Both the position numbers and the translations under genes were made by a program. The notes below the pieces were generated by a model, which saw nothing but the letters and a program-made list of their open reading frames with translations, made no database searches and was not told where the DNA came from. Below, in pieces: positions 6,078-14,553 of a stretch of 27,076 nucleotides of DNA. The stretch is from a virus, in IMG/VR virus record IMGVR_UViG_3300045988_185299, positions 1 to 27,076 of that record. One strand, 5' to 3'. Position 1 is the stretch's first letter. Each line of letters begins with the position of its first letter.

Positions 6078-6561
6078 CATCAATAGCCTGCCGCTTTCCG
6101 CACAGATTCAGGTGCGTGCAAAGCTCGACGAGCAGAAGCGCGAACAGAAACAGCAGCAAGCAAAAAAACAGCCGGAAGCACAGAAAAGGCAAAAACAGCC
6201 GAAAGAAGCGGACGCTGCTGAGCCATCCAAATATCGCAATGTAAAGGTCATTCGCGTGGTGGATGGAGAAACCGTGAAATTCCCCAGCAAGCGGGAGGCA
6301 CGGCGCTTCGATGAACTGTATTTGCAGTACAAGGGCGGTGCAATCCAGGACCTGCGGCTCCAGCAGGACTTCACGCTGGTCGAGGGCTATACACGGCCAA
6401 ATGGCAAGCGGGTTCGCCCAATGGTCTATAAGGCAGATTTCGTATACCTTCGCAACGGTAAACGCATCGTGGAAGACGCGAAGGGAAAACGAACCGAAAA
6501 GTATCTTATGAAACGCAAACTCATGTTGGAAAAGTACGGAATCGAAATTTCGGAGGTGTAA
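6034..6561 (+). CDS. DUF1064-like phage protein (putative endonuclease-like fold)
   Basis: KYRNVKVIRVVDGETVKFPSKREARRFDELYLQYKGGAIQDLRLQQDFTL...YKADFVYLRNGKRIVEDAKGKRTEKYLMKRKLML. Confidence 0.75.
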   Translation: MPRHKQAEELKVGIDINSLPLSAQIQVRAKLDEQKREQKQQQAKKQPEAQKRQKQPKEADAAEPSKYRNVKVIRVVDGETVKFPSKREARRFDELYLQYKGGAIQDLRLQQDFTLVEGYTRPNGKRVRPMVYKADFVYLRNGKRIVEDAKGKRTEKYLMKRKLMLEKYGIEISEV

Positions 6562-6566
6562 TATCA

Positions 6567-7070
6567 ATGTTTGAAAACGGTAAGTTCCCAACGATTGAAG
6601 AGCTTTTGGAACGGGGAGAACACCTCATTCAGAAGGCAATTGACGGAAAAAGATTAAGCGGCGAGGAAACGCATTTTCTCGAATTGCAAAATATATGGCT
6701 TGCGCAAAGGAGGGATGAACAGGAAAAAAACTGCGCGCGTCCTCTTGTGGAGCAGCTCAAGAAAACAAACCCCTTTGTGCAGGATGTATTCCGCAGCACC
6801 GAATATTCTGAGTTCGCCCTCTGGTGCATTGAGATTCCCACTACCGCCAGCCGGCACAACGAGGACGGCTCAAACGACATCTGCGGTTGTTGGATTACGG
6901 CAGACAACAGCGCGACCTACGAGGAGATGTGTCGCCGTCTGGAAGGAGTGAAGACGAAAGCCGATATTCTGGCTCTCTCCACCACGCCAAGTACCGTTGA
7001 GGCAATCAGTACGGCCACACCGCGCTGGAGGGCGGAGGTGGAGCAACTCCGAGCACAACAGCAAAAATAG
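6567..7070 (+). CDS. Hypothetical protein
   Basis: 167-aa ORF continuing the operon; conserved gene order spacing. Confidence 0.5.
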   Translation: MFENGKFPTIEELLERGEHLIQKAIDGKRLSGEETHFLELQNIWLAQRRDEQEKNCARPLVEQLKKTNPFVQDVFRSTEYSEFALWCIEIPTTASRHNEDGSNDICGCWITADNSATYEEMCRRLEGVKTKADILALSTTPSTVEAISTATPRWRAEVEQLRAQQQK

Positions 7071-7085
7071 TCTCTCCCATCCTGG

Positions 7086-7116
7086 AAGGCCGTCAGCACA
7101 TCGCTGGCGGCCTTTT
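7086..7116 (+). terminator. Intrinsic terminator
   Basis: AAGGCCGTCAGC-acatc-GCTGGCGGCCTTTT. Confidence 0.8.
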
Positions 7117-7118
7117 GA

Positions 7119-7147
7119 TTGACAAATAAGCTATTGTGTGGTATAAT
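7119..7147 (+). promoter_or_regulatory. Consensus sigma70 promoter TTGACA-17-TATAAT upstream of the sigma factor gene
   Basis: TTGACA 7119-7124, TATAAT 7142-7147. Confidence 0.85.
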
Positions 7148-7169
7148 TGCTGCATTCAGTGAAGGGGGG

Positions 7170-8291
7170 GTGGTTGACATCACGAATACCAGTAATTTAG
7201 CCGCTGACCGTGCGCTTGCCTATGAAGCCATTGAAAGGCAGCCTGAAACAGAAGAAATCGCAGCTTCGAATGAACAGGAGACCGAAGCGAAGCAGCCGGG
7301 AAATATCGGCGACCATGTGGCGATGTATCTCAGCCAAATTGGCAGCATCCCCATTATGCCGCAGGTGGAAGCGAATCGCTGTATTGAAAAAGTGCAGAAG
7401 GGGAATGCCGCTGCCGAACAGCTCGAAACGCTGCGGGTGATTGCCGAGGAGAGCGGGAATGCAGTTGACCCCGAAATCAAGAAAGACCTGATGAAGGCCA
7501 TAGAAGCAGGAAGACGGGCGAAAGATAAGGTTGTTGAGGGCAATCTTCGGCTTGTTGTGTCCATCGCAAAGAAATATATAAACTCAGCCGATTCTATGGT
7601 GTTCATGGACCTCATTCAGGAGGGCAACATTGGCCTCATGCGTTCCATCGACTCTTTTGACATTTCGAGGAATGTGAAGTTTTCCACCTACGCAACCTTC
7701 TGGATAAGGCAAAACATCACAAGAGCTCTTGCCACGACGGACCCAGCCATTCGCAAGCCCATCTATGTTGCGGAGGGCAGGCGGAGCGTCAATAATGCAA
7801 AAGAACAAATGCAACAAAAAGGCTTACCTTGTGATGACCCTTTAGAAATCGCAAAATACATGGAGGGGGATGCGTGGGATTCCCTTTCAAAAAGGGAGCA
7901 GCAGAAAAAACTGCGCATCATCCAACACTCGCTCCAGTACCGGAAGCCGGACTCGTTGGATGCGCCCGTCAATTCGGACGCCGCAAGCGATTCCAACACA
8001 CCGCTTTCGGAATTCATCCCAAGCCATAACGAGTGGGATAACCCGGAAATTTCAACGTCAGGGAAGGCACTATGGGAAACGATGGACAAAATCCTGCACG
8101 ATATGCCCGCACGAGACGCCTGTGTGCTTCGCTTACGATTCGGATTGGAGGATGGTTGTGCTTATACCCTCAAAGAAATCGGGGACGAAATGGACTTAAC
8201 GCGAGAGCGTGTCCGTCAGGTTACAGATAAAACACTCGATAAGCTACGCAACGGAAAGGCAGGGAAGATGCTTCAGGACTTTCTTGAATAA
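7170..8291 (+). CDS. RNA polymerase sigma-70 family factor; the called ORF starts at TTG 7119 but the promoter overlaps it, so GTG 7170 or a later start is preferred
   Basis: Region 2 (GNLRLVVSIAKKYINSADSMVFMDLIQEGNIGLMRSIDSFDISRNVKFSTYATFWIRQNITRA) and region 4 (YTLKEIGDEMDLTRERVRQVTDKTLDKLR). Confidence 0.92.
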   Translation: MVDITNTSNLAADRALAYEAIERQPETEEIAASNEQETEAKQPGNIGDHVAMYLSQIGSIPIMPQVEANRCIEKVQKGNAAAEQLETLRVIAEESGNAVDPEIKKDLMKAIEAGRRAKDKVVEGNLRLVVSIAKKYINSADSMVFMDLIQEGNIGLMRSIDSFDISRNVKFSTYATFWIRQNITRALATTDPAIRKPIYVAEGRRSVNNAKEQMQQKGLPCDDPLEIAKYMEGDAWDSLSKREQQKKLRIIQHSLQYRKPDSLDAPVNSDAASDSNTPLSEFIPSHNEWDNPEISTSGKALWETMDKILHDMPARDACVLRLRFGLEDGCAYTLKEIGDEMDLTRERVRQVTDKTLDKLRNGKAGKMLQDFLE

Positions 8292-8293
8292 GA

Positions 8294-8322
8294 AACGCCG
8301 CCCAGATGGGCGGCGTTTTTTT
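8294..8322 (+). terminator. Intrinsic terminator
   Basis: AACGCCGCCC-AGAT-GGGCGGCGTTTTTTT. Confidence 0.9.
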
Positions 8323-8400
8323 GCTATTCTCCGTTTCTTAAATCCAATCGAGCAGTTCCGCCAGCGTGAAGCGGACATTGCGCGTGACGATATGTATTCT

Positions 8401-8560
8401 TCGGTTCTCAGGTTCCCAACATTAAAATAGGCGTGTTTCCATATTTGCCGGTATGCTCAGAGCATACAAAGGAAGTATCTCAAACACAAAGAAAGTTCAG
8501 TCAGCGTCCGTTGCGGATGCTGGCTTTTATATATAAAAAATTCATAAACAAAAAGGAGAA
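8401..8560 (+). promoter_or_regulatory. Conserved operon-leader module, copy A
   Basis: GGTTCTCAGGTTCC octamers; GTATGC..GCATAC dyad 8451-8467; AAACACAAAGAAAGTTCAGTCAG; hairpin CAGCGTCCG-TTG-CGGATGCTG 8502-8522; TTTTATATAT. Confidence 0.8.
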
Positions 8561-8932
8561 ATGAACATGAAAGCAATGATGTTTAAGAGGGGTTTCGGTG
8601 ACGAAACAAAGTGGAAAGAGGTCTGCGCGGAGCTTGGGCTGCCGGAAGATACGGAGCAGGTTGAGTTGTCCGTATCCGCAACAAAGGTCCGTACCAGCCA
8701 AAACCGCAGTTGGGAAGCGACCGACGAGGAGATGTCCCGAATTTGGGAACGCCTCGGCTCGTATTACTTGCGCTGCGAGAGCATCTCCAGAACGAACATT
8801 CGCGTTTTCTGTGGCGGCGGAGATTCCTTTTCCGTTGTTCGCGGCACAACGCAGCCTGGATTCGTCGAGGTGGATGGACGGCTGATGGACTATGAAGACT
8901 TTGAAGCATGGCTGTACCAGATGGCAGCTTGA
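8561..8932 (+). CDS. Hypothetical protein
   Basis: AAAAGGAGAAATGAACATG start. Confidence 0.65.
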   Translation: MNMKAMMFKRGFGDETKWKEVCAELGLPEDTEQVELSVSATKVRTSQNRSWEATDEEMSRIWERLGSYYLRCESISRTNIRVFCGGGDSFSVVRGTTQPGFVEVDGRLMDYEDFEAWLYQMAA

Positions 8933-8945
8933 GAAAGGAGAAAAC

Positions 8946-9359
8946 ATGAACGCACAGGAAAAAATCGACCAGCTTATGCAAGCCGAGATGGAGCATATCC
9001 GTTCCGTCGGCGGCATTTTGAATCTGCCGGAGGCCGACAGTGTTCTGAACGACCTGAACCGAGAAAAGCTGAAGGCTCTGAAGGAACTGCACGGACATCT
9101 CTACCTCGGACGCATCAACATCCACGATACAGCCAAGCGGATTCGTATTGTGGAAGGAACCGAAGATGTGTACGAGGAAATGCTGGACCAGCCCCTATAC
9201 AACTTCTGCTGTGATTTTGCCGTGCCCGTCAAGGATAAAACCTTGTCGGATTTGATTCGTGCTTGGAACGCAAGATTCGCGATTCCCGGTATGAAGGACG
9301 CGCAGAAAATCACAGAGCGTGTGGAGCAGGTTGGCGGCATAAATTTGATGTGGACTTAA
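8946..9359 (+). CDS. Hypothetical protein
   Basis: Start at ATG 8946 after GAAAGGAG. Confidence 0.65.
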   Translation: MNAQEKIDQLMQAEMEHIRSVGGILNLPEADSVLNDLNREKLKALKELHGHLYLGRINIHDTAKRIRIVEGTEDVYEEMLDQPLYNFCCDFAVPVKDKTLSDLIRAWNARFAIPGMKDAQKITERVEQVGGINLMWT

Positions 9360-9376
9360 AAAAGGAGAAATGAAAC

Positions 9377-10036
9377 ATGAATAATAGAATCATGCCGAAG
9401 TGGAGCGAAGTAAAGGATGTCAATGGCATCAACCTTCACCTGTTCGACGCCGTACAGGTCATCACCTCCGGCAACAAGCGCCATAACCAGACGGGCAGAA
9501 TCATGGCCCTTCTGAAGACCAAGCCTTACCTCCAGATGGTAGAGGTGCTGTTTCAGGACGAGAAGCGGTCAAATTTCCTTACGTCATCTCTTCGTCTCGT
9601 TGAAAGCTCAGAGGAAGAGAAGGGAAAGTCACTGGCAAAAATCGACTCCCTGAAGCTCATGGGAGCAGAAATCACCGACTCTGATTTCTGCGTTGACCGT
9701 TATAATAACGATGCTTTCCTATTTGACGATGAAACGCAGACGTGGAACGTCATGCTGGAAGGCATTTCCGATGTGGACCGACTATTCGGAACCTTTTTTG
9801 AAACGGAGCAGAACGATTCCTACTGTAATATCTATGCGGATGTAGACGAATACTGCACCAAGCTCGCAAAGCCATACCTCACGGTATCTCTGTGGCTCGG
9901 TGATGTCTGTGTAGAGGCAGTGCGCCCCTTATCAAAGGACGAGCAGGAAGCAGTGCTTCGCATCATCCGTCCTACCTACGAGAAGATGGACTACAAGAAG
10001 CTCCTGAAGGAGTGGGATGCGGAAGAGCATATGTGA
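9377..10036 (+). CDS. Hypothetical protein
   Basis: 219-aa ORF with AAAGGAG RBS. Confidence 0.6.
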   Translation: MNNRIMPKWSEVKDVNGINLHLFDAVQVITSGNKRHNQTGRIMALLKTKPYLQMVEVLFQDEKRSNFLTSSLRLVESSEEEKGKSLAKIDSLKLMGAEITDSDFCVDRYNNDAFLFDDETQTWNVMLEGISDVDRLFGTFFETEQNDSYCNIYADVDEYCTKLAKPYLTVSLWLGDVCVEAVRPLSKDEQEAVLRIIRPTYEKMDYKKLLKEWDAEEHM

Positions 10037-10368
10037 ACAGCATCATGCTGGAAGACGGCGATGGCTGCTACGGGTACAAATTCGCTGCCGATACCATTGA
10101 GGCCGCTAAGGCTGGCTTCCATGAGGTCATCTGGATGGCGATTGAGCTGAAGCAGTACCGTTCCGGTCAGGATTTCAGCGTCAACTCCTTTATCGAGGAC
10201 GGTGACGGCAAGTATGTCGAGTCCGACAGGGAAGGCCACATCGTCATCAATCGCGTCGTCACAACGCAGGAACCCAGCAAGTATATCAACTGGGAGATGG
10301 CTGGCACGCTGCCATTCATCTATACGGTGGACCGCGAGAAGAGCGAGTGGAAGCTCCACGCGACTTAA
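10033..10368 (+). CDS. Hypothetical protein (GTG start, overlapping the upstream stop)
   Basis: ATGTGA overlap; ORF track 10012..10368. Confidence 0.5.
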   Translation: MNSIMLEDGDGCYGYKFAADTIEAAKAGFHEVIWMAIELKQYRSGQDFSVNSFIEDGDGKYVESDREGHIVINRVVTTQEPSKYINWEMAGTLPFIYTVDREKSEWKLHAT

Positions 10369-10375
10369 CAACTGA

Positions 10376-10412
10376 AGCGCCGGTGGATGAAAATATCCGC
10401 CGGCGCTTTTTC
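10376..10412 (+). terminator. Intrinsic terminator
   Basis: AGCGCCGGTGGAT-GAAAAT-ATCCGCCGGCGCTTTTT. Confidence 0.85.
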
Positions 10413-10431
10413 CATGTTTTGCCACAATCGA

Positions 10432-10606
10432 GTTCTCATATTCTTAGGTTCTCAATCAGGAAATAGGTGATTTTTTCTCTTCTGCCGGTATGCTGAAATC
10501 ATACAAAAGAAGTATCTCAAACACAAAGAAAGTTCAGTCAGCGTCCGTTGCGGATGCTGGCTCTTATATATAAAAATTTCATAAACAAAAAGGAGAAACG
10601 AAAAAA
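10432..10606 (+). promoter_or_regulatory. Conserved operon-leader module, copy B
   Basis: GTATGCTGAAATCATAC dyad; CAGCGTCCG-TTG-CGGATGCTG hairpin; near-identical to copy A. Confidence 0.8.
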
Positions 10607-11305
10607 ATGAAGAACAAGGCATATCTCTTACCAGCGTGCAAGACTGCTGACGGCGTTCCCATCGGCATTGGCTCCGAGGTGTACGCAATCACCTTTAAGC
10701 AGAAAGTCAACAAATACGGTCGGCTGTATCGTCCGTCCACGAGAGAGTTGGCGGTCGTAAAAGTAACGGTGTCTACTGTGACCTTCTCCGAATTTGTGGA
10801 ACCCGGTTGGTTTGGCTGGACGGGCGTTGCCTATTCGGGAATGACCGAAGTCGAATGCTCTGATGGTAAAACGAAGACGTTTTCCTACTTGCCCGGTATC
10901 GAGGTCAGCCAGTACACCATCTTCGCATCCGAGGACGCCGCAAAGGCCGCCTTGGAGAAGGCGGAGGCGGGCGGCGGTCTCTATACGAGAGCCGGATTCC
11001 CGTTGATGCCTTCTTGGCAGATTGGCGAGGTACGGGCAGCTCTGGAGAAAGCTGAGCAGAGCACTGAGGAAGAGCCTTCCATCGTTCGCAACATCCCTTA
11101 TGTCTCCGTTTGGGACGGCGGAAATTGCATTGCGGCGACAAAGGCAGACGTCTGTCTGGACACAAAGCAGGTATTCAACATTCAGACCATTGACGTTGGA
11201 GATTCTGTCAATGTTCTGAACCATGAGTACATCGTGCTGCACGGAACAGAGTATACCGTTTTCCCGAAGGGCGAAGCGAAAGACGGCGCATACTGGCGTA
11301 ACTGA
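10607..11305 (+). CDS. Hypothetical protein
   Basis: 232-aa ORF after leader module B. Confidence 0.65.
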   Translation: MKNKAYLLPACKTADGVPIGIGSEVYAITFKQKVNKYGRLYRPSTRELAVVKVTVSTVTFSEFVEPGWFGWTGVAYSGMTEVECSDGKTKTFSYLPGIEVSQYTIFASEDAAKAALEKAEAGGGLYTRAGFPLMPSWQIGEVRAALEKAEQSTEEEPSIVRNIPYVSVWDGGNCIAATKADVCLDTKQVFNIQTIDVGDSVNVLNHEYIVLHGTEYTVFPKGEAKDGAYWRN

Positions 11306-11320
11306 CAAAAAAGAAGGAGA

Positions 11321-11995
11321 ATGAGAATTATGACTAATATTAGTGAGAAAACCACCGGTTCCTGCAAAGACCGCGAGTATATCGTGACAGAGGTCTGCCC
11401 GCATTGCGAAGCAGAGGTTGAGATGCGATGGAATGTGGCCGCAGACGGCTACAAGGCGTTCTGCCCTCATTGCGGCAAGCGGCTGATGCTCTGTGACGCC
11501 TGCCAGCATCCGGAGGACAAGTGCGTGGAGAACTGCGATTACAACTCCGAGACCGATACCTGCCGTCACAATCAGCCTGCACAGGAGCTGAAGGCCGGCG
11601 ATGTCTGTACCTATGGCTTTGGAACGGAGAATGCTTCCCGTGCCACGGTCAAAATCGTCGAGCTGCTGCCTCGTTCTGAGGCTGCAACCGTGATGTTCCT
11701 GAGCGTGGAGAGGGACGATACCGGAAACGGTATGTTCAACTACCTGCTCAAAACCGGGAATACCATGAATGCCAGCCTGAAATATCTGACGAAGATTGAG
11801 TGCAGTTCCGACCAGGAACGGGATAACTACGCCGAACTGGAGAAGCTGTGTACGGAATGCGACACGGAGTTCTGTGTCTTCAATCCGCACGGCATCTGCA
11901 AGCTGCCCTTCGTCACCGGAAAGGCTCCGAGACTGGGCGATGACGGCTGCCAGGACTACGCTATGAAGGATTTCATGATGAAGGAGGATTGCTGA
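11321..11995 (+). CDS. Zinc-ribbon-containing hypothetical protein
   Basis: CPHCEAEVEMRWN...FCPHCGKRLMLCDAC. Confidence 0.6.
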   Translation: MRIMTNISEKTTGSCKDREYIVTEVCPHCEAEVEMRWNVAADGYKAFCPHCGKRLMLCDACQHPEDKCVENCDYNSETDTCRHNQPAQELKAGDVCTYGFGTENASRATVKIVELLPRSEAATVMFLSVERDDTGNGMFNYLLKTGNTMNASLKYLTKIECSSDQERDNYAELEKLCTECDTEFCVFNPHGICKLPFVTGKAPRLGDDGCQDYAMKDFMMKEDC

Positions 11996-11996
11996 T

Positions 11997-12401
11997 ATGC
12001 AGAAGACTTGTCTCAACTGCACTCATGTGGGCGTGTGCTCCAAGCGGATGCAGTTCATCGTGAACAACTATCTCGTCAAAAGACACTACAACGAGATTGA
12101 GAATGTCAGCAAAACGCTCGATATCTCCGTGAACTGCGACAGCTATGCAGAAAAGGATTTCTTTTCGTTCATCTGTGCGCGGGTTCGCGACTATTCCGAT
12201 GGCGAAGTCTGGAGCGATGGGGACCAGATTCTGTGCAAGACAGAATCTGCCGCGAACGCGCTGTGCGACCTCCTGTGGCAGCTTTACAACGAACGGGGGG
12301 AGGCCTTTGACCTCCACACCGGCTACTACGACCACAAGGAGGACGAAAGAAATCACGAAGAAGACAGATACACCGGCTGGTGGTATGTGTCCGCCGACTG
12401 A
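11997..12401 (+). CDS. Hypothetical protein
   Basis: 134-aa ORF in the operon. Confidence 0.5.
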   Translation: MQKTCLNCTHVGVCSKRMQFIVNNYLVKRHYNEIENVSKTLDISVNCDSYAEKDFFSFICARVRDYSDGEVWSDGDQILCKTESAANALCDLLWQLYNERGEAFDLHTGYYDHKEDERNHEEDRYTGWWYVSAD

Positions 12402-12412
12402 AAGGAGAAATA

Positions 12413-12616
12413 ATGAAAATCCGCAATATCCTTTGGGATACCGATGGCGGCAGGGAGGCTCTTGCCTCCCTGCCGAAGGAAGTCGAGCTGCCGAGTAGAT
12501 TCGACCAGTCCCATTTTGCAAGTAGGGAAGAATGGCTCGACACGATTTCCAACTGGCTGTCCGACGAGTTTGGATTCTGTCATTTGGAGTTCGATGTCGG
12601 TGATGACGACATCTGA
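12413..12616 (+). CDS. Hypothetical small acidic protein
   Basis: AAAGGAGAAATAATG start. Confidence 0.55.
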   Translation: MKIRNILWDTDGGREALASLPKEVELPSRFDQSHFASREEWLDTISNWLSDEFGFCHLEFDVGDDDI

Positions 12617-12655
12617 GAATCTACGATTTTTTTAACAATAAGGAGAAATGAAAAA

Positions 12656-13573
12656 ATGGGAAAAGGTAATGTTTGTGTGAGCGGGCCGTATGAGGGCCTG
12701 TTCTATATCGACAACGACTATACCACAGTGCTTCGCCGCGAGGATAACTGTGAGGATACCATCCTCCGGAAAGACCTCAGCGCCAAGGATTTGTCCGGCA
12801 GCGACTGGCTCTTCGATGACGAAGGCAGTGCGAACGAGCTGGAGGATGTGCTGGAGTGCTTTGTGGAGAACTTCACGCACAGGTATCCCAGCTTTGCGCG
12901 TGTCAAGCAGGACAAGTGGCTTGGCCGCAATGTGCGCGTCATCCTCGAAAGCAGCCTGTTTTACATCGGCATTGAGGACAGCGACTGGGCCTATGCCGTG
13001 GAACTGCTTCAGAAGGATAACCCCTGTTCGGAGGGTTTCCAGAGGAAGCACTACAAGGCGTACCTTGACGGCATGAAAGCAGCCCTGCTGGAGCGCCTGC
13101 CAAGCATCGGCACCTACACGGGGCCGTGGACGCATGGCACCATCCGCAGGGAGCCTGTCAAGGACAACGACCTCCTCGCCGAGGCCGGCGACCGCATCGA
13201 CAACGCAGTGTTCGACTTCATCTGCGCGGTTGTCACAGGCCACAGCGTAAACGGGGAAGCGCCGAAAGAGGCTCTTCTCGCAGCTGTGAATGAGCTTTCC
13301 GTGGAACACGTCAACGCGCTTCCGGAGGGCCTCCTGTCTGACGCTACGGACGAGGCGAAGGAAGCCGCCGGCGAACACTCCTTACAGGAGGATGCCGACG
13401 ACGGGCTTCCGCTTCGCTGGGATATGGCCGCCATTGGTCCTGTGGCCGACTATCTGGAAACCGCGCTTTCCGCACGGTTCCGCATCAATACCTGCCACCC
13501 CTGGCAGGATGATACCGAGTGCATCTGCTACGCGACAGACGAGCGCTGCCCGTACTGCACCCACAAAATTTGA
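12656..13573 (+). CDS. Hypothetical protein
   Basis: 305-aa ORF with AAGGAG RBS. Confidence 0.6.
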   Translation: MGKGNVCVSGPYEGLFYIDNDYTTVLRREDNCEDTILRKDLSAKDLSGSDWLFDDEGSANELEDVLECFVENFTHRYPSFARVKQDKWLGRNVRVILESSLFYIGIEDSDWAYAVELLQKDNPCSEGFQRKHYKAYLDGMKAALLERLPSIGTYTGPWTHGTIRREPVKDNDLLAEAGDRIDNAVFDFICAVVTGHSVNGEAPKEALLAAVNELSVEHVNALPEGLLSDATDEAKEAAGEHSLQEDADDGLPLRWDMAAIGPVADYLETALSARFRINTCHPWQDDTECICYATDERCPYCTHKI

Positions 13574-13575
13574 TG

Positions 13576-13609
13576 AAAAAGCGCCGCCCGTAATGGACGG
13601 CGCTTTTTC
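13576..13609 (+). terminator. Intrinsic terminator
   Basis: AAAAAGCGCCGcCCG...CGGCGCTTTTT. Confidence 0.85.
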
Positions 13610-13620
13610 TTTGCAGTTCT

Positions 13621-13794
13621 CCGGTTCTTCAGTTCTCAGGTTCTTGGAAGGTGAATGCGGCAATTTCTACTTCCGCCGGTATGCTGAGACCATACCAAAG
13701 AAGTATCACAAACAAAAAAGAAAGTTCAGTCAGCGCCCGCGTGGGTGCTGGCTTTTATATATCACATAACCATCACAAAAAAGGAGAAATGAAA
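13621..13794 (+). promoter_or_regulatory. Conserved operon-leader module, copy C
   Basis: GGTTCTTCAGTTCTCAGGTTCTTG phased octamers; GGTATG..CATACC dyad; CAGCGCCCGCGTGGGTGCTG hairpin. Confidence 0.8.
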
Positions 13795-14541
13795 ATGGAG
13801 ATTTATGTAAATTACCTCGCCATTGAGGTCACTCGTCGCTGCAACATGAAATGCAACCACTGCCTGCGCGGAGATGCGCAAAATCTTGACATCTCAACAG
13901 CAGTTCTGTCGGGCATCGCTAAGCATATCCACCCTGCTTCCGTCATTTTCACGGGCGGCGAGCCGTCTTTGAATGTTCCGGCCATCAAGCGGTACTTTGA
14001 GCTTGCGGAGCGTTATGACACGATGCCGGCTGCTTTCTATGTCGCCACCAACGGAGCGACGTCGAAGGAGCAGATGCGCGACCTCGCGCTGACGCTGCTG
14101 GAGGCATATTCTAAGATGGAAGAGCCAGATATGTGCGAGGTCGATGTCTCTGTGGATATGTTCCACGAGGCGTTCCGCGACAACGACAACGCGAAAATTC
14201 TGAGAGGCTTGTCCTTCCTCGGCCGGGGTAAAAAGCATTCGGTCGAGGATGACGATTTGAGTTGGCTGCTCAATACCGGCCGTGCCAACAAGAACGGCAT
14301 CGGCGTAAGAGCACCGGAGGTGCTCAGGACCGACATGGACGAGCTGGTAACGGATTACTCCACAGAGTACAACAGCATTGCCTTCGATACGCTCTACATT
14401 GCCGCAAACGGTAATGTGGTAGACGGCTGTGACAGCAGTTACGAGGATATCGACGACGAGGAGAACGTGATTTGCAAGGTCAACCAGCTTCAGAAGAAAG
14501 TGAAAGACTATGTGAAGAACGCCGATTCTCAAATCTCATAA
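13795..14541 (+). CDS. Radical SAM protein
   Basis: CNMKCNHC cluster motif followed by FTGGEPSLN. Confidence 0.85.
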   Translation: MEIYVNYLAIEVTRRCNMKCNHCLRGDAQNLDISTAVLSGIAKHIHPASVIFTGGEPSLNVPAIKRYFELAERYDTMPAAFYVATNGATSKEQMRDLALTLLEAYSKMEEPDMCEVDVSVDMFHEAFRDNDNAKILRGLSFLGRGKKHSVEDDDLSWLLNTGRANKNGIGVRAPEVLRTDMDELVTDYSTEYNSIAFDTLYIAANGNVVDGCDSSYEDIDDEENVICKVNQLQKKVKDYVKNADSQIS

Positions 14542-14553
14542 GGAGGGCTGAAG

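Noticed and set aside
8523-8540. Leader-module hairpin plus T-rich tract as an intrinsic terminator
   Set aside because: It lies between the dyad and the RBS in all six copies and is followed by TTTTATATAT instead of a clean U-run; separate strong terminators precede several modules. Attenuation remains possible.
10628-12022. Large minus-strand ORF (464 aa)
   Set aside because: Antisense shadow of plus-strand genes 10607-11305 and 11321-11995, which have strong RBSs and operon spacing.
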